A stretch of 64,000 bases of DNA, from positions 44,454,001-44,518,000 of the forward strand of contig OZ024740.1 of NCBI GenBank assembly GCA_964016885.1, in the 5' to 3' direction. The position numbers and the translations under genes were made by a program. Under the pieces are notes generated by a model that had not been told where the DNA came from, ran no database searches, and saw only the letters and a program-made list of their open reading frames with translations. Position 1 is the stretch's first letter. Each line of letters opens with the position of its first letter. The DNA is from Eledone cirrhosa. Taxonomy: Eukaryota. Below are positions 50,741 to 64,000 of the stretch, one piece after another.

Positions 50741-51553
50741 TCCTTTAAGAACCTTTGTTAGGAAATGTTCTAAGCACCAGTTTAATTCTTAAGATCCTCT
50801 ACCACACAAACTGCATTAGCAAGACATTCTGGAAAAATACAAAACATCATTATGACTGCCTCAGAATTAAAAGGAAAATATTTTATGCTAATATTGTAAA
50901 TTTTCACAGAATTTGTCCACTAGTAAAGATACTATAATCATTTGAATTATCAAACCTGTTTTTAAATATTTTCTCCTAAATTCTTACAGGATATCAAAAG
51001 TTAATAAGAAGAAAGTTAGTTATGATACTAAATCTGTACAAATTCTTGATTATTTTCTAAGTTACTTGAAAATCATGTGTTCATTAGATAAATGGTAATT
51101 AAAAGGTTAAAAAGTGATTATAAATGTATCAGGTATTTTCTCTATAGCAGCTTTTTAACTTCTCTGTGCATCAACAAACATTCAAAATCTTCAGAGTTTG
51201 CTCTACAGAGCTATCAAGGTAATCAGTAATTGAGAACATCTATAGAAAAGATTTTCATAGTAATTGTAGATGATATGAAAACATCTATGTGTTTCCATAA
51301 TTTCATCATAAAATGGATAGGCTGTTTTTGATTTATTTTGCAGAATAACATATTTTAAATGAAATGGGTAGGTGTTTCAAAAATTTATTTTACACAGAAA
51401 TGTCATTTAAATCAAAAATTTCATCCTCCACCATTCCCCATATAGTTAAAACATATTTGTTAAAATAGGCTAAAAATAAATGGATGGAATACGAAAACTG
51501 TATTTTTATAGGTGATTTGTATGAAATATAACTGTCAAGGGGGAAAAATCAAT

Positions 51554-51977
51554 AATTTTTATAGCAGTTAGTGGATAGGAAACTATTGGCTTAGAGTAAG
51601 TACACTATATTCCTGCATGTCATAAAAGGAAACTAAAAGGTTTGTCGCTAGGATGAACATCCGTTTATAAAAGATTGCCTAGAAAAGAACCCCTTGATAA
51701 GTATGATACCTGTTATGGAGCCTGCAAGGCTAAACTCTGCTTCAGCAAGGGAAACAGTCTTGCTGTTTAGTAAACAGAAAAAATAGTAAACTGATTCCAA
51801 TTGCATTTTTAATTCAATGCAATGTGTGATTATAAATGGAATCTGACAAGGGAACCCTTGAAGAGTGAAGAGTTTATTTATTGTGATATCAACACACATT
51901 GCCTGCAAGGAATTTGAAAAATGTGACTGGAACCAGATTTTTACTTTTTCTATCCTCCATTAACTGCTATAAAAATT
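51554..51977. mobile_element. Possible MITE / deleted DNA transposon
   Basis: Inverted repeats aatttttatagcagtta / taactgctataaaaatt, extending imperfectly inward. Confidence 0.45.
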
Positions 51978-54142
51978 CTTTTCTTTTTCTGCCTGGGTTT
52001 GCTTAGGTCAAAAATAGCTAATAGGCTTATACAACCATTTTAGAACCTTATCACCATCATCACCACCTCTACCACCACCACCACAATCACCACCATCATC
52101 ATCATCATCACTATTAACCTCATCATCATCGTTGTTGTTGTCATCAACTTCATCCTCCTCCTCCTCCTCATCATCATCATCATCCTCATTTTATTTCCAT
52201 TTCCCATGCTCGCAACAATTGGACATTCTGATACATTCTGTTTTTGTCATGGATGCTACAGTTGGATGCTTTTTCTAATGCCAACTACTTTACAGAGTCT
52301 ACTGGGTGCATTTTTCATGGCACCAGCACTACCACTTAACCAGATGCTGGGTGCATTTTATCATGACAACAGTTTTAGAGACTGTAAATTGTTATGACTC
52401 CAGCAGGGCAAAAAAGGTTTTCTCAAGCCTAGATTGTAGATGGAATCAAAAACTTAACACTGAGAAATATCAATGATATAACACATTCTATCCTGATATA
52501 AACTTTTGCTAATTAAACTTAATTATTATGACTGGATTAATGAATGTAATTATAGGCCTATTTTAGTTGATATCTGAACTAATAGCATGTGATGACTGTA
52601 AATATAATAAAATTATCAATTTTGATGATTAAATTGTTATGTTGCTATCAAAGCAACATAACAATTTTCTTCTTTTTGTATAATATTTAATACTTGGCTC
52701 TTTTAATATTAATAAACAAATGTTCAACTGTGTAGTGAGTTGGGTTTCAAAGATGAGCATTTACTTGCTTGGTCAACTAAATGTCAAATTTGTCAATTAA
52801 GTGTAAGTGGTTGAGTATTCCACATGTACTCAGCAGCATAACATATGTTATAAAGTTGGACCTTTGAATTACAGGTACAATCCATCAAACAAGTACCCAT
52901 AAAATTTCCATTAACCAAATTTTGTTTACAGGGCTTGGGTCAACCTGAGGCTATGGTGAAGACACTTGCCTAAGAAGTTACATACAGGATGTCATGGTTA
53001 CAAATAAATCTTCTTAACTACTCAGCAATTCACACATTTAGAATGACTAATATGGCAAACCAGATTAAATATAATCTCAAACTTTTGTATGATGGAACTA
53101 GGGGCAGTTTCAAATGGTTTGGTACCAGAAAGTCTGGGACAGTTTCAAATGGTTTAGTACAAGAAGGGTGAAGGGTACTTTAGCTGCTATTTCTAGTAGG
53201 TCTAGGACACAAGTTAAGATCCTCCCTCATTGATGCTACATAGTTATATTATATATCAGAAAAAAAGATGCTATTAACTCTGAATTATATATATTTCTAT
53301 TATATTCTAGTTCTGGTAATGATTTCCCAGCCAAGTAACCAAATAATTACTGTATACAATATTGACAATTTACTTTATCCTGAATGTATTATCAGTGATT
53401 TTGTTAACTACACCTGTTATAATTCACAAATCACCTTGTATACATTACTTGCCACTCCCGATGATTCTTATATTACCTATTACCTGGTGAAGAAAAAGTC
53501 TGCACATGTGGTTTGGCAAAACCTCACTGGCTGCTATGCAGTCTGACTATATTTGGCAAGGTGCCAGCCAACCTGTAAATTAATATCTCTTATTTTAATA
53601 TAGCATCTTCTTTGCGCTAACACTCAAGACTTTGTATGAATTATATCAAGTGTAGTAGCTATCAATCAGTAATACAATTTTCATGTTAAGCTTAGATAAT
53701 TGTTAAAGTTATTAGTCTTGCAGGCCACATGATGAGCTTTTCCATTTTGCCCTATCTTCTGCATCTACCCCTCATCTACACAATATTTTTCATTTCCTCC
53801 TCTATCATCTCTGACTATATCTGTTTTGTTCCTCCCCTTCATCTATATTTATTTCTATCACTCCTCTTCTGAATCACTTTCATCTTTCTTCAACACATGA
53901 CTCAGCCATCTGTTTCCATTTCTCTTCATATATTCATCACTGGCTCTCTTTCCCTTGCCCAGTCATTTTCATCCTTCCTCAACATATGATCTAATCATCT
54001 CATTCCATTTCTCTTCACAACATACATCATTGACCCTCTTTCAATCATCCTCTGCATTTCATTGTTTGTCTTCCTCTCTCTGAACTCTACTCCATCATTG
54101 ATTTATACACTTGTTATAATTCACAAAACAGCTTGTATATAT

Positions 54143-54333
54143 AATAATTGTTTCTACTATTGGCACAAGGCCAGAAATTACCCAGTACATTACTGGTACT
54201 TTATTTTATCGACCCCGTAAGGATGAAAGGCAAAGTTAACCTCGGCGGGATTTGAACTCAGAATAGCAAGGGCCGTAACTCTATGCATCAAAGCATGGCG
54301 TCCGACCCTCTACCGATACTGCCAATCCACCAC
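54143..54333 (-). mobile_element. SINE family B
   Basis: Consensus match; TSD ttgtatatataataat. Confidence 0.88.
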
Positions 54334-54630
54334 CAATTGTATATATAATAATGACCCCCTTGTGGGCGTTGGGGAGGATCATATTTGATTACCTTTGATT
54401 ATAACTGATGAACATGACGTGATAAGGACTAAAAGCTTCATGTTAGAAAGCAGTTATTAAAGTTAGGTGCAGACCATATACAAGAGATATTGTAGTTCTG
54501 CATTATTGCAAAACCTAAATGAATATAATTAATATTGAATATTTGTAGCACAGCAACAAATATATAAAGACAACACTGAAATGTTGTTCATAAAAGTAAC
54601 CAGTTCTACCTAACATGTTTCATTATTTCA

Positions 54631-55465
54631 TGGATTGGCGGTGAATTGGGCGGTGAAAGGGCGGTGAATTGGCAGTATCGGTAGAGGGTTGGACGCCATG
54701 CTTTCTAGCATAGTTACGTCCCTTTACAGTCTGAATTTAAATCCCGCCGAGGTTAACTTTGCCTTTCATCCTTACGGGGTCGATAAAATAAAGTACCAGT
54801 AATGTACTGGGTAATTGCTGGCCTTGTGCCTAAAGTAGAAACAATTATTTCATGGATTGGCAGTATCGGTAAAGGGTCAAATGCCATGCTTTGACGCATT
54901 GAGTTATGGCCCCTGCCATTCTGAGTTCAAATCCCGCCGAGGTTAACTTTGCCTTTCATCCTTACAGGGTCGATAAAATAAAGTAGCAGTAATGTACTGG
55001 GTAATTGCTGGCCTTGTGCCTAAAGTAGAAACAATTATTTCATGGATTGGCAGTATCGGTAGAGGGTCAGATGCCATGCTTTGATGCATTGAGTTATGGC
55101 CCCTGCCATTCTGAGTTCAAATCCCGCCGAGGTTAACTTTGCCTTTCATCCTTACAGGGTCGATAAAATAAAGTACCGGTAATACACTGGAGTAATAGCT
55201 GGCCTTGTGCCAAAAGTAGAAACAATTATTTCAATATAGTTAGGGCAGTGGATTAACAGTATATGTAGAGCGTCGGACAACATGCTTTGTGGCATAGAGT
55301 TACGGACCTTTCCATTCTGTGTTCAAATCCCACCGAGGTTAACTTTGCCTTTAATCCTTACGGCGTCGATAAAATAAAGTACCAGTAATGCATTGGAGTC
55401 AATTTAATCGATTTTCCCCTCCCCAAAAATTGCTGTCCTTGTGCCTAAATTAGAAGCCATTATTT
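54631..55465 (+). mobile_element. Head-to-tail array of four SINE family B copies
   Basis: Units are separated by attatttca; copies 2 and 3 are nearly identical. Confidence 0.9.
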
Positions 55466-57468
55466 CAATACAGTTAGGGTGGTGGCTTGGCACAATTGTT
55501 AGAGTATCAGCGATATGATTCAATCATCTTTAATTCCATTCACACATTTTCAATCCCACAATTTACTACCTAAGTCTGGTATCTGCATATTGTAACTTAT
55601 CTACTTCTAAATTTGGAGAGTTAATTCCTATCAGAGGTAAAACAATGTGGTTTAGTGGTTAAAGTGTTGTGCTGAAGATCATAAGATCATTTCCAGATCA
55701 AGGGAGGATTTGTGCCCTTGAGCAAGGCACTTAATTCCACATTACTCCAGTTTACTCAACTGAAAATGTATACTAGTGATAGCTGGGAGTGCGAAGTAAC
55801 CCTGTGATGGACTCTCAGTTGCTTAATGCCCTTAAAATAGGGATAAGCCCCAGACTTCATCCAACCCATGCAAAATTTGAAAATATGGATATAAAATGAT
55901 AATTTTAACTGAAACTCATTTGCTTTTAACCTTTTTATTCATAAAAGAGTTACTAAGAATATTTTAAATAAGATAAATAGAATTCTTTTATTATTGATAT
56001 AAATTAAACCTTTACTCAAATACAACATATATAAATTATTTGTATACACACACACCTAACAGATCAGCATTTATCTCTCGTCAGCTCACACATAGACAAC
56101 AATACACAGAAAATAGCCCACTTCCAACCACAATCATGGTCTGATGCTGATCACCATCTTCTTGCTGTCAGATATTTGTACAAACACACATACACACTCA
56201 TCATTTCTACCTCCTCACTGTTTATCTCCCCTTCTTTAACTCTTCAACATTTAACTCTCATTCTGAAATTTAACCTTCCAAAATAGCTGACAAACTACAC
56301 ACACGCCCCACCCCACCCCGTCTAATTTTTTTCCATCTTCTTTTTCTTACTCTCGTCTATCTTATTGTTTATTTTTATCTCTCAAATATCCTGTCTCCTC
56401 TCTCTCTCATTCTATCTTCCAATGAAAGACTAACATCCAAAACGTTAAGACTCTTTTTCTACTATATCAAATGTTAAACTTATATCATTATTGTATTCTC
56501 TTATTCTCCTGTGTTTTATTACCTTGTTGACTTTTCTAATATAATATTTACTATAATACAAATAATAGCTTTGCTTATATCATGTGTAAAAGATTATTTC
56601 ATATTTTTTTCATAATCAATACATAAACCAAATAATCTACTACACTTGACATTTCATGGAAACACTATATCTTTAATATGGTTGAGAAACTTGGCATCTT
56701 CAGAGAAGAATTTGGCTGGTGCTTTCTAATACCCAACCAACAACCAAATTTATACTGATATTTTGCACCTGTTGTGAAATAATTACCAGCATCAAAATAG
56801 CTATAGTATCAAACTTTCTACTGAGATCACACAATGAAACAAATGTCAGATTATGAAGTTATTTATAAATTTATGAAAGTACTCATAGAACTTAGAAAAT
56901 AGAAACATTGTGTATCCCATAATTAACCCTTTTGATATCAAACTGCCCTTGGTTCTATGATACAAAACAGTTTATTTGGATAAAAGAATAAATACTAATG
57001 GAAGTAGATTTGGCATCCTCCTTCTAATGCCTTTTGAAGCGACCCAACACACTGGCAGAATTACCATGGGTGATAGCGAGGCCAAGGTGCTGGAGCAACC
57101 AAGCACCCTCATAGGCATCACTTGATACCTTGGTAAGGTGAGCTGCCAACAAGAACTTCATTGTCAGTTGCCCAACTCCTCCAAAACCAAATAGTTTATA
57201 TTTACCTAAAAAAAAATCTTCCATGATAATTTTATGTAAGAACCTTTATTAAGTTATGATCCAAACACTAGACAAATAATAATAAAGTTAGTTCTATATT
57301 TAATACCAATAAATTCTTGATTATTTTCTAAATACTTTGAACACAGTAGGCAGTGTCTTTCATTAGAAATATGATAATGGAATCGTTAGGCTCTAACCAT
57401 AGGCTGCCTTTAGCAGGGTAAAATCTCTTGCATACATTTAGGTCAGGTTTCCAACCCATTCATTTTAA

Positions 57469-57686
57469 CCCTTTAGCATTTATATTATTCTATATACACT
57501 ATTGTATTTTCACAGTAAATTTATCTTACATAATTATCTTACATAATATCGAATCTATAAGATTTTAATGTTATTTATTTTAAGAACAATACCTTAATGT
57601 AGGTATGAGTGGCGACTTATGGCCGGTTTGAACAGAAAGAGGTGAGACAATTCTGGCCGGATATGGCTGGTTTAAATGCTAAAGGG
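57469..57686. mobile_element. piggyBac-type MITE
   Basis: TIRs CCCTTTAGCATTTA / TAAATGCTAAAGGG with TTAA on both sides. Confidence 0.85.
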
Positions 57687-58400
57687 TTAAGGTCAACTCA
57701 TTCAGCTTAAGGCCAACTCATTCATCTTAAAGCCAACTCATTCCCCTTAAATTGTCTACTTACTTCTTCTCTAACCTTCATCTAAAAATCATTCGTAATC
57801 TTCCATGTCCTACTTTTTCCACTTTATTACTTTCTTTATAGTAATCAAAATAATATAGAAATATTTCTAATACTGAAAATAAAAGATTTTGTTGGTCTTT
57901 CTAACAATTACCACATCTTCTTTTCTAAACATTAAGAAACAGAAAGCACTGTGACTCAAAAAGTAAATGTTGTAAGAGATTGGAGACTGTATGGAATGGA
58001 GAGGTACTGAGGCCTCCACTCCGAGGTTTTCAGATATTTTGGGCTCCCACTGACACTTCAGTGTTTCACCTTACTATCTCCAAGAAAACATAGATGGGTC
58101 CCACTCCCAGCAGGACTTCTAGATTTTAGTCTACGTAGCATTATAAAGCTTTAGAAAAGTCCCTTTTAGCAATGTAGTGGACAAGACAGCCTCTTTTCTA
58201 CTGGTGTCCTGATATAATACACGCAATATTTCTAGTAAAATGATAGACAAATGAACTGGGATAATGTAGGATAGAGTGGACACTTTAGTCTTATCAAGGA
58301 CTTGCCAACCACTCTAGTGTCATGGTATTTTTCAAAAACAAAATCTTGAGAATGCTGTTATATATTTCACAATCTAACACAAATACATTACATATTTTAT

Positions 58401-59765
58401 AATCTTTCACACCCATGTTACATCTTACTCAATCATTCACACCCATGTTACATCTTACACAATCTTTCACATGGATGTTACATCTTACACAACCTTTCAC
58501 ACCCATGTTACATCTTACACAACCTTTCAAACTCATGTTACATCTTACACAACCTTTCACACCCATGTTACATCTTACACAACCTTTCACACCCATGTTA
58601 CATCTTACACAACCTTTCACACCCATGTTACATCTTACACAATCTTTCACACCCATGTTACATCTTACACAACCTTTCACACCCATGTTACATCTTACAC
58701 AACCTTTCACACTCATGTTACATCTTACACAACCTTTCACACCCATGTTACATCTTACACAACCTTTCACACTCATGTTACATCTTACACAACCTTTCAC
58801 ACTCATGTTACATCTTACACAACCTTTCACACCCATGTTACATCTTACACAACCTTTCACACCCATGTTACATCTTACACAACCTTTCACACCCATGTTA
58901 CATCTTACACAATCTTTCACACCCATGTTACATCTTACACAACCTTTCACACCCATGTTACATCTTACACAACCTTTCACACTCATGTTACATCTTACAC
59001 AAACTTTCACACCCATGTTACATCTGACACAATCTTTCACACTCATGTTACATCTTACACAACCTTTCACACCCATGTTACATCTTACACAACCTTTCAC
59101 ACCCATGTTACATCTGACACAATCTTTCACACCCATGTTACATCTTACACAACATTTCACACCCATGTTACATCTTACACAACCTTTCACACCCATGTTA
59201 CATCTTACACAACCTTTCACACCCATGTTACATCTGACACAATCTTTCACACCCATGTTACATCTTACACAATCTTTCACACTCATGTTACATCTTACAC
59301 AACCTTTCACACCCATGTTACATCTTACACAATCTTTCACACTCATGTTACATCTTACACAACCTTTCACACCCATGTTACATCTTACACAATCTTTCAC
59401 ACTCATGTTACATCTTACATAACCTTTCACACTCATGTTACATCTTACACAATCTTTCACACTCATGTTACATCTTACACAACCTTTCACACCCATGTTA
59501 CATCTTACACAACCTTTCACCCCCATGTTACATCTGACACAATCTTTCACACCCATGTTACATCTTACACAACCTTTCACACACATGTTACATCTTACAC
59601 AACCTTTCACACCCATGTTACATCTTACACAACCTTTCACACCCATGTTACGTCTTACACAATCTTTCACACCCATGTTACATCTTACACAATCTTTCAC
59701 ACCCACGTTACATCTTACACAACCTTTCACACCCATGTTACACAATCTTTCACACCCATGTTACA
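58401..59765. repeat. 30-bp minisatellite (aacctttcacacccatgttacatcttacac), about 45 copies
   Basis: Exact 30-bp periodicity and highly homogeneous units. Confidence 0.98.
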
Positions 59766-60045
59766 TGGATGAACTGAGGGAGAAATTGGGTACAAGAGGA
59801 ATCAGAAGTAGTGTGCAAGAGAGGAGACTGCATTGGTATGGACATATGATGTATATGGATGATGCCAAGATATCCCAGTGGAAGAAACAAAAGAAACATG
59901 GGAAGAGGTGGTGAGAGCTGATCTCAAATCACTGAGACTAACAGAGATATTAAGGGAATGCAATGAGTGGAATGATGCTGTAATGAGAAGGACCCATCCA
60001 ACCCATGCAAGCATGGAACAACAGACGTAAAATGATGATGATGTT
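59764..60045 (+). mobile_element. 5'-truncated RTE 3' fragment abutting the 30-bp array
   Basis: DELREKLGTRGIRSSVQERRLHWYGH, terminal ccatgcaagcatgg hairpin and (GAT)n tail. Confidence 0.85.
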
Positions 60046-61955
60046 GATAAGTGATATGAATTCTTAATACCAATTTCAGAATAATTTTGTGAGATTCTAG
60101 AATTTATGACAAAAACTTCCAGTACAAATAATATAATATATAATATGTGTTCTTTTTTTATGTTTTTATTTATTTCCATGTCTAATATTAACAAATTCTG
60201 CCTGAACCTACTCGTGTGTCATTGAAGAGTTAACCTTTTTCGAGTTGCAAAAGTGCTTTAGTTCTGCTGTAATGTTGACACTTTACAAATCCCAAATATT
60301 TTTTATATTAACGCTGCAATCTCATATGTAGAATGCCACACATGACTTGATCATAATGACAGATAAAGAAAGCATACATTCAACAAGGCCCAATTGCAGC
60401 ACAAAATAAATTTAGAGAGGAGAACATTAATAGACAATACATCTGTATTATATAGAGCTACAAACAAAGATAGGCATTCAATCATGGAAGCAATACTTAA
60501 ATCAGAATTTGACACATCATTATCTAGCCACATGAGTAATAAAACTATTGACTAAGGAATTCAGGACAAAATTATGGAATTAGAAAACACATGAAAGGGC
60601 TATTTAAGAAATTGAAACTGGAAAGTAGTCATGTCTTCAACAACAAATGTATAAAAGAGGGCTGTTCCGCATATATAGGAATATATACCCCTATTAGTAG
60701 AGAAAATGAATGTTAAATGATTATGTTGATGTTTCTACATATCATCATTATCATCATCATCACTATTTAATGTCTATTTTTCCATGCTTGCATGGGTTAG
60801 ACAGGTCATCCACGCTATGAGACAAGTTAGGCCAGCTAGATGCCCTTACTAATGCCAACAACATTTATAGTGTGAGAATGGGTGGCACCGTTGTGAGGAG
60901 GGTCTGGCCAGTTGGGTGCGGCATACCCTGCTCACGTCGGAATAGTATTTTGGGGGCTAGGTGGTCTCATTATATATAATAATATATTTCTATAGGTGGT
61001 ACCTGTTTAAACACACTATGCTTTTACAGGACTTACAATTTAGTGTATTAACACTGACATCTGTTTGTTATTGGCCTAATATGCAGTGTGTTTGTATTAA
61101 GAATGAGAGATCAAATACTTTTTTAACATATTTCATTCGTAATCATGTGTAACACATATTTCACAAATGACCAGCACGGAGCCTTAATCAATTATAACCA
61201 GCTTCGAATGTGGGATCGATTTACTTATCAGACAGAGTGGAGATCATCTCCCATGTCATGAGATCTGCAAGATGAACTCCTGCTTTACTAGAGAAAATGG
61301 CCTTAAAATGCTTATTGTTTTTGTATCAATAACCTCATTAATCACACCTTACCCAACCAAGTATGAAGATGTATTATGACCAAGTGGTTAAGAAGTCCAC
61401 TTCACAACCATTATGTCCCAAGTTTAATCACACTGTATGGCATCTCAGCCAAGTGTCATTTACCATAGTTTTGAAAGCTATGTCTTGTGAGTGAAATTGG
61501 AAACCCATTTGATCGATTGATTCTGTAATTCAAAGGGCCAGCCATATCATAAACTGTGTCATGTTGAATCTTCCTGAGCACAATAGATTTGTTACTTATG
61601 TCTACTTGTTTAGCTGATTACTTACATATCTGTCTCTACGTGACAACCAATACTTGCTAAAAACAATTCATACTTTAGAGCAAGGAAGTGTCATTTCAGC
61701 CACTAAAAAAGAACCAAAAATTCACAGAGGAAACTTTTGATACCAGGATATATTACACTCATCTCTCTGTCTCTCATTACCTTTTCACTAATTTTAGAAT
61801 GATTTACTATCTAACTTTTAAACAGAATATGTATTTATTTTAGGAATGATATAAATCGTTTATATCTGCAAATTATGTAATACTGCAAAAAGTAAAATGT
61901 AATTTTTTAATCAACTAACAGATATTAGTAAAATTTGGATAAACTTCTTATACTG

Positions 61956-62005
<50 letters not shown>

Positions 62006-63083
62006 AAACAAGGAGAAATGGATGTAAGAATGATGGTGTTGTTTTTAAATATAAAATATTCTGATAAGCTGAGTAATATTAGACTTTTTTTTCGTGACTA
62101 AAATTTATTACCTGTTCAGCAGTTCTAAAACTAAATTGTTTACATCCATACACACACACACACATACATACAATTATACAAACAATGTGCAAACCCGACT
62201 TTTCATCTTTTAATCACTGAGAATATATATGAATATATATGTTTATATGTGTGTGTGTATATATATATATATCATCATCATCAATGTGTGTATATATATA
62301 TATCATCATCATCAATGTGTGTATATATATATATATCATCATCATTAATGATACCTTATATATACATGTATAGTATATATATATATAACAGGAGATGAGA
62401 TTTTGGCTTTGGTTGATTAACAAGATTAACAAGTCTGATGAACAGATCAGACAGGAGTCAGGTCTATACCATTTATATAGATCCTGAGCCACCCATCTGT
62501 GAAATGGTTGTAACTGTATATAATTAAAAAAACCTCAGTATGAAACCTTGCTTTGTTTTCTATATATATCATCATCATCATCATCGTTTAACGTCTATCT
62601 TCCACACTAGCATGGGTTAGATGAGAGTCGTCCCACTTGAGGCCAGATTGGTCGGGTGACCGTGTCTCGCTCATATAGGACTATCATCATCACCATCATC
62701 ATCATCACCATTTTACGTCCGATCTTCCATGCTAGCATGGGTTAGACGGTATCTGGCAGGTTTTCTACGGCTGGATGCCCTTCCTAACACCGAGCACATT
62801 TACAGTGTGGACTGGGAGGTTTTTACCATGTTACCTACACGGCCACATGTGTGTGTGTATAGTTTAATGTTGGTTCACCAAAATGAGCACTCGATGTGTA
62901 GTTTCCAGTATGTATTTTGGGTTGTACTAAGCAGAGTGTAGTACTATATATAGATATATTATCAAAATAATTATTATAGCTACATTCAAAATGTATAGTG
63001 AAATCATATAGAGATAGCCATAATATATTTTAAAAAGGTTGAAATTGGGTTATGCCCAGTTCTTTGCAAAGCCATTACAACTT

Positions 63084-63269
63084 ATAATTGTTTCTACTTT
63101 AGGCACAAGGCCAGCAATTACCCAGTGCATTACTGGTACTTTATTTTATCGACCCCGTCAGGATGAAAGGCAAAGTAAACCTCGGCGGGATTTGAACTCA
63201 GACCGTAAAGGGACGTAACTATGCTGGAAAGCATGGCGTCCGACTCTCTACCGAATCTGCCAATCCACC
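63084..63269 (-). mobile_element. SINE family B
   Basis: Consensus match; TSD cttataat. Confidence 0.88.
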
Positions 63270-63332
63270 TTATAATGCCCTAAAAATATATATTTAAATA
63301 TTTTAAATATTTTATATATTTAAATATTTTAA

Positions 63333-63365
<33 letters not shown>

Positions 63366-63370
63366 TAATT

Positions 63371-63416
<46 letters not shown>

Positions 63417-64000
63417 GTATATATAGTCATATAAGTAGATAGATGGATAATTATATATATATGTGTATATATGTGTTATATATATACATAAAGCTGGTGT
63501 ATATTACTTAAGTTGCAGGGGAGACTACTCGTGAAATAACGACATAATATATATGGATAATCCTCTATGTTGTAGTTAAAGAAGCTATAGATAGCTTTAA
63601 AACTTAATAATATTAGTGAAATAAAGTGTCTTGCTCAGTAACAAGACTCACTATTTAGCCCTAATAAAATGAATATATATGCATATATATATAAGAATTA
63701 CTCTAGCAGCCGAAGTGTATGATAATGTTCTATCTATATCCATATGTATATATGATAGACATAACATTTGTTAAATCATGTTCCAAACACTATCTAAAAT
63801 AATGAGAAACGAAGTCATTTTAATAGATCCCTCCAAATTCTAGATCATATTTGAAAGTTATTTAAAAATCACAGGGGGTATATTTTATTAGAAATTTGGT
63901 AACAAAAAGGATAAAGTTATATTTTGCTTACTAAAAGTGATATTATTAGAATAAGAATTAAATCTTTTTGAACTATATTTTGAAATTTGAAATTGTTTCT

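Noticed and set aside
54631-55465. CRISPR-like repeat array
   Set aside because: Eukaryotic context; the units are ~190-bp SINEs with no unique spacers or cas genes.
58415-59914. Long ORFs (335, 438, 433 and 159 aa) over the 30-bp array
   Set aside because: Artefacts of a stop-free unit whose length is a multiple of 3; open on both strands with no splice or domain evidence.

Overview
This is AT-rich, microsatellite-dense eukaryotic DNA. The SINE/LINE repertoire looks like an octopod cephalopod, but that is inferred and not proven. The window is mostly intronic sequence of one minus-strand gene. Four phase-1/phase-1 exons (33022-32762, 20918-20607, 14950-14867, 11807-11505) splice into one open frame with two fibronectin type III domains and acidic/Ser-rich linkers, resembling a titin/unc-89/MLCK-like FN3-repeat protein; both ends of the gene lie outside what can be seen. 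The introns contain one intact-ORF RTE-clade LINE (APE endonuclease, RT with an inserted PHD-like Cys/His finger), a second near-complete RTE family, many truncated RTE copies and two tRNA-derived SINE families. They also hold a truncated Penelope-like element (RT + GIY-YIG) with an inverted pseudo-LTR, a decayed hAT transposase, TTAA-flanked MITEs and several minisatellites. The most notable hidden layer is a set of fold-back elements in (TA)n tracts, several carrying type I hammerhead ribozyme motifs, three of which share an unusual U.U pair at the base of stem II. Several junctions also record template switching or reiterative synthesis during retrotransposition.
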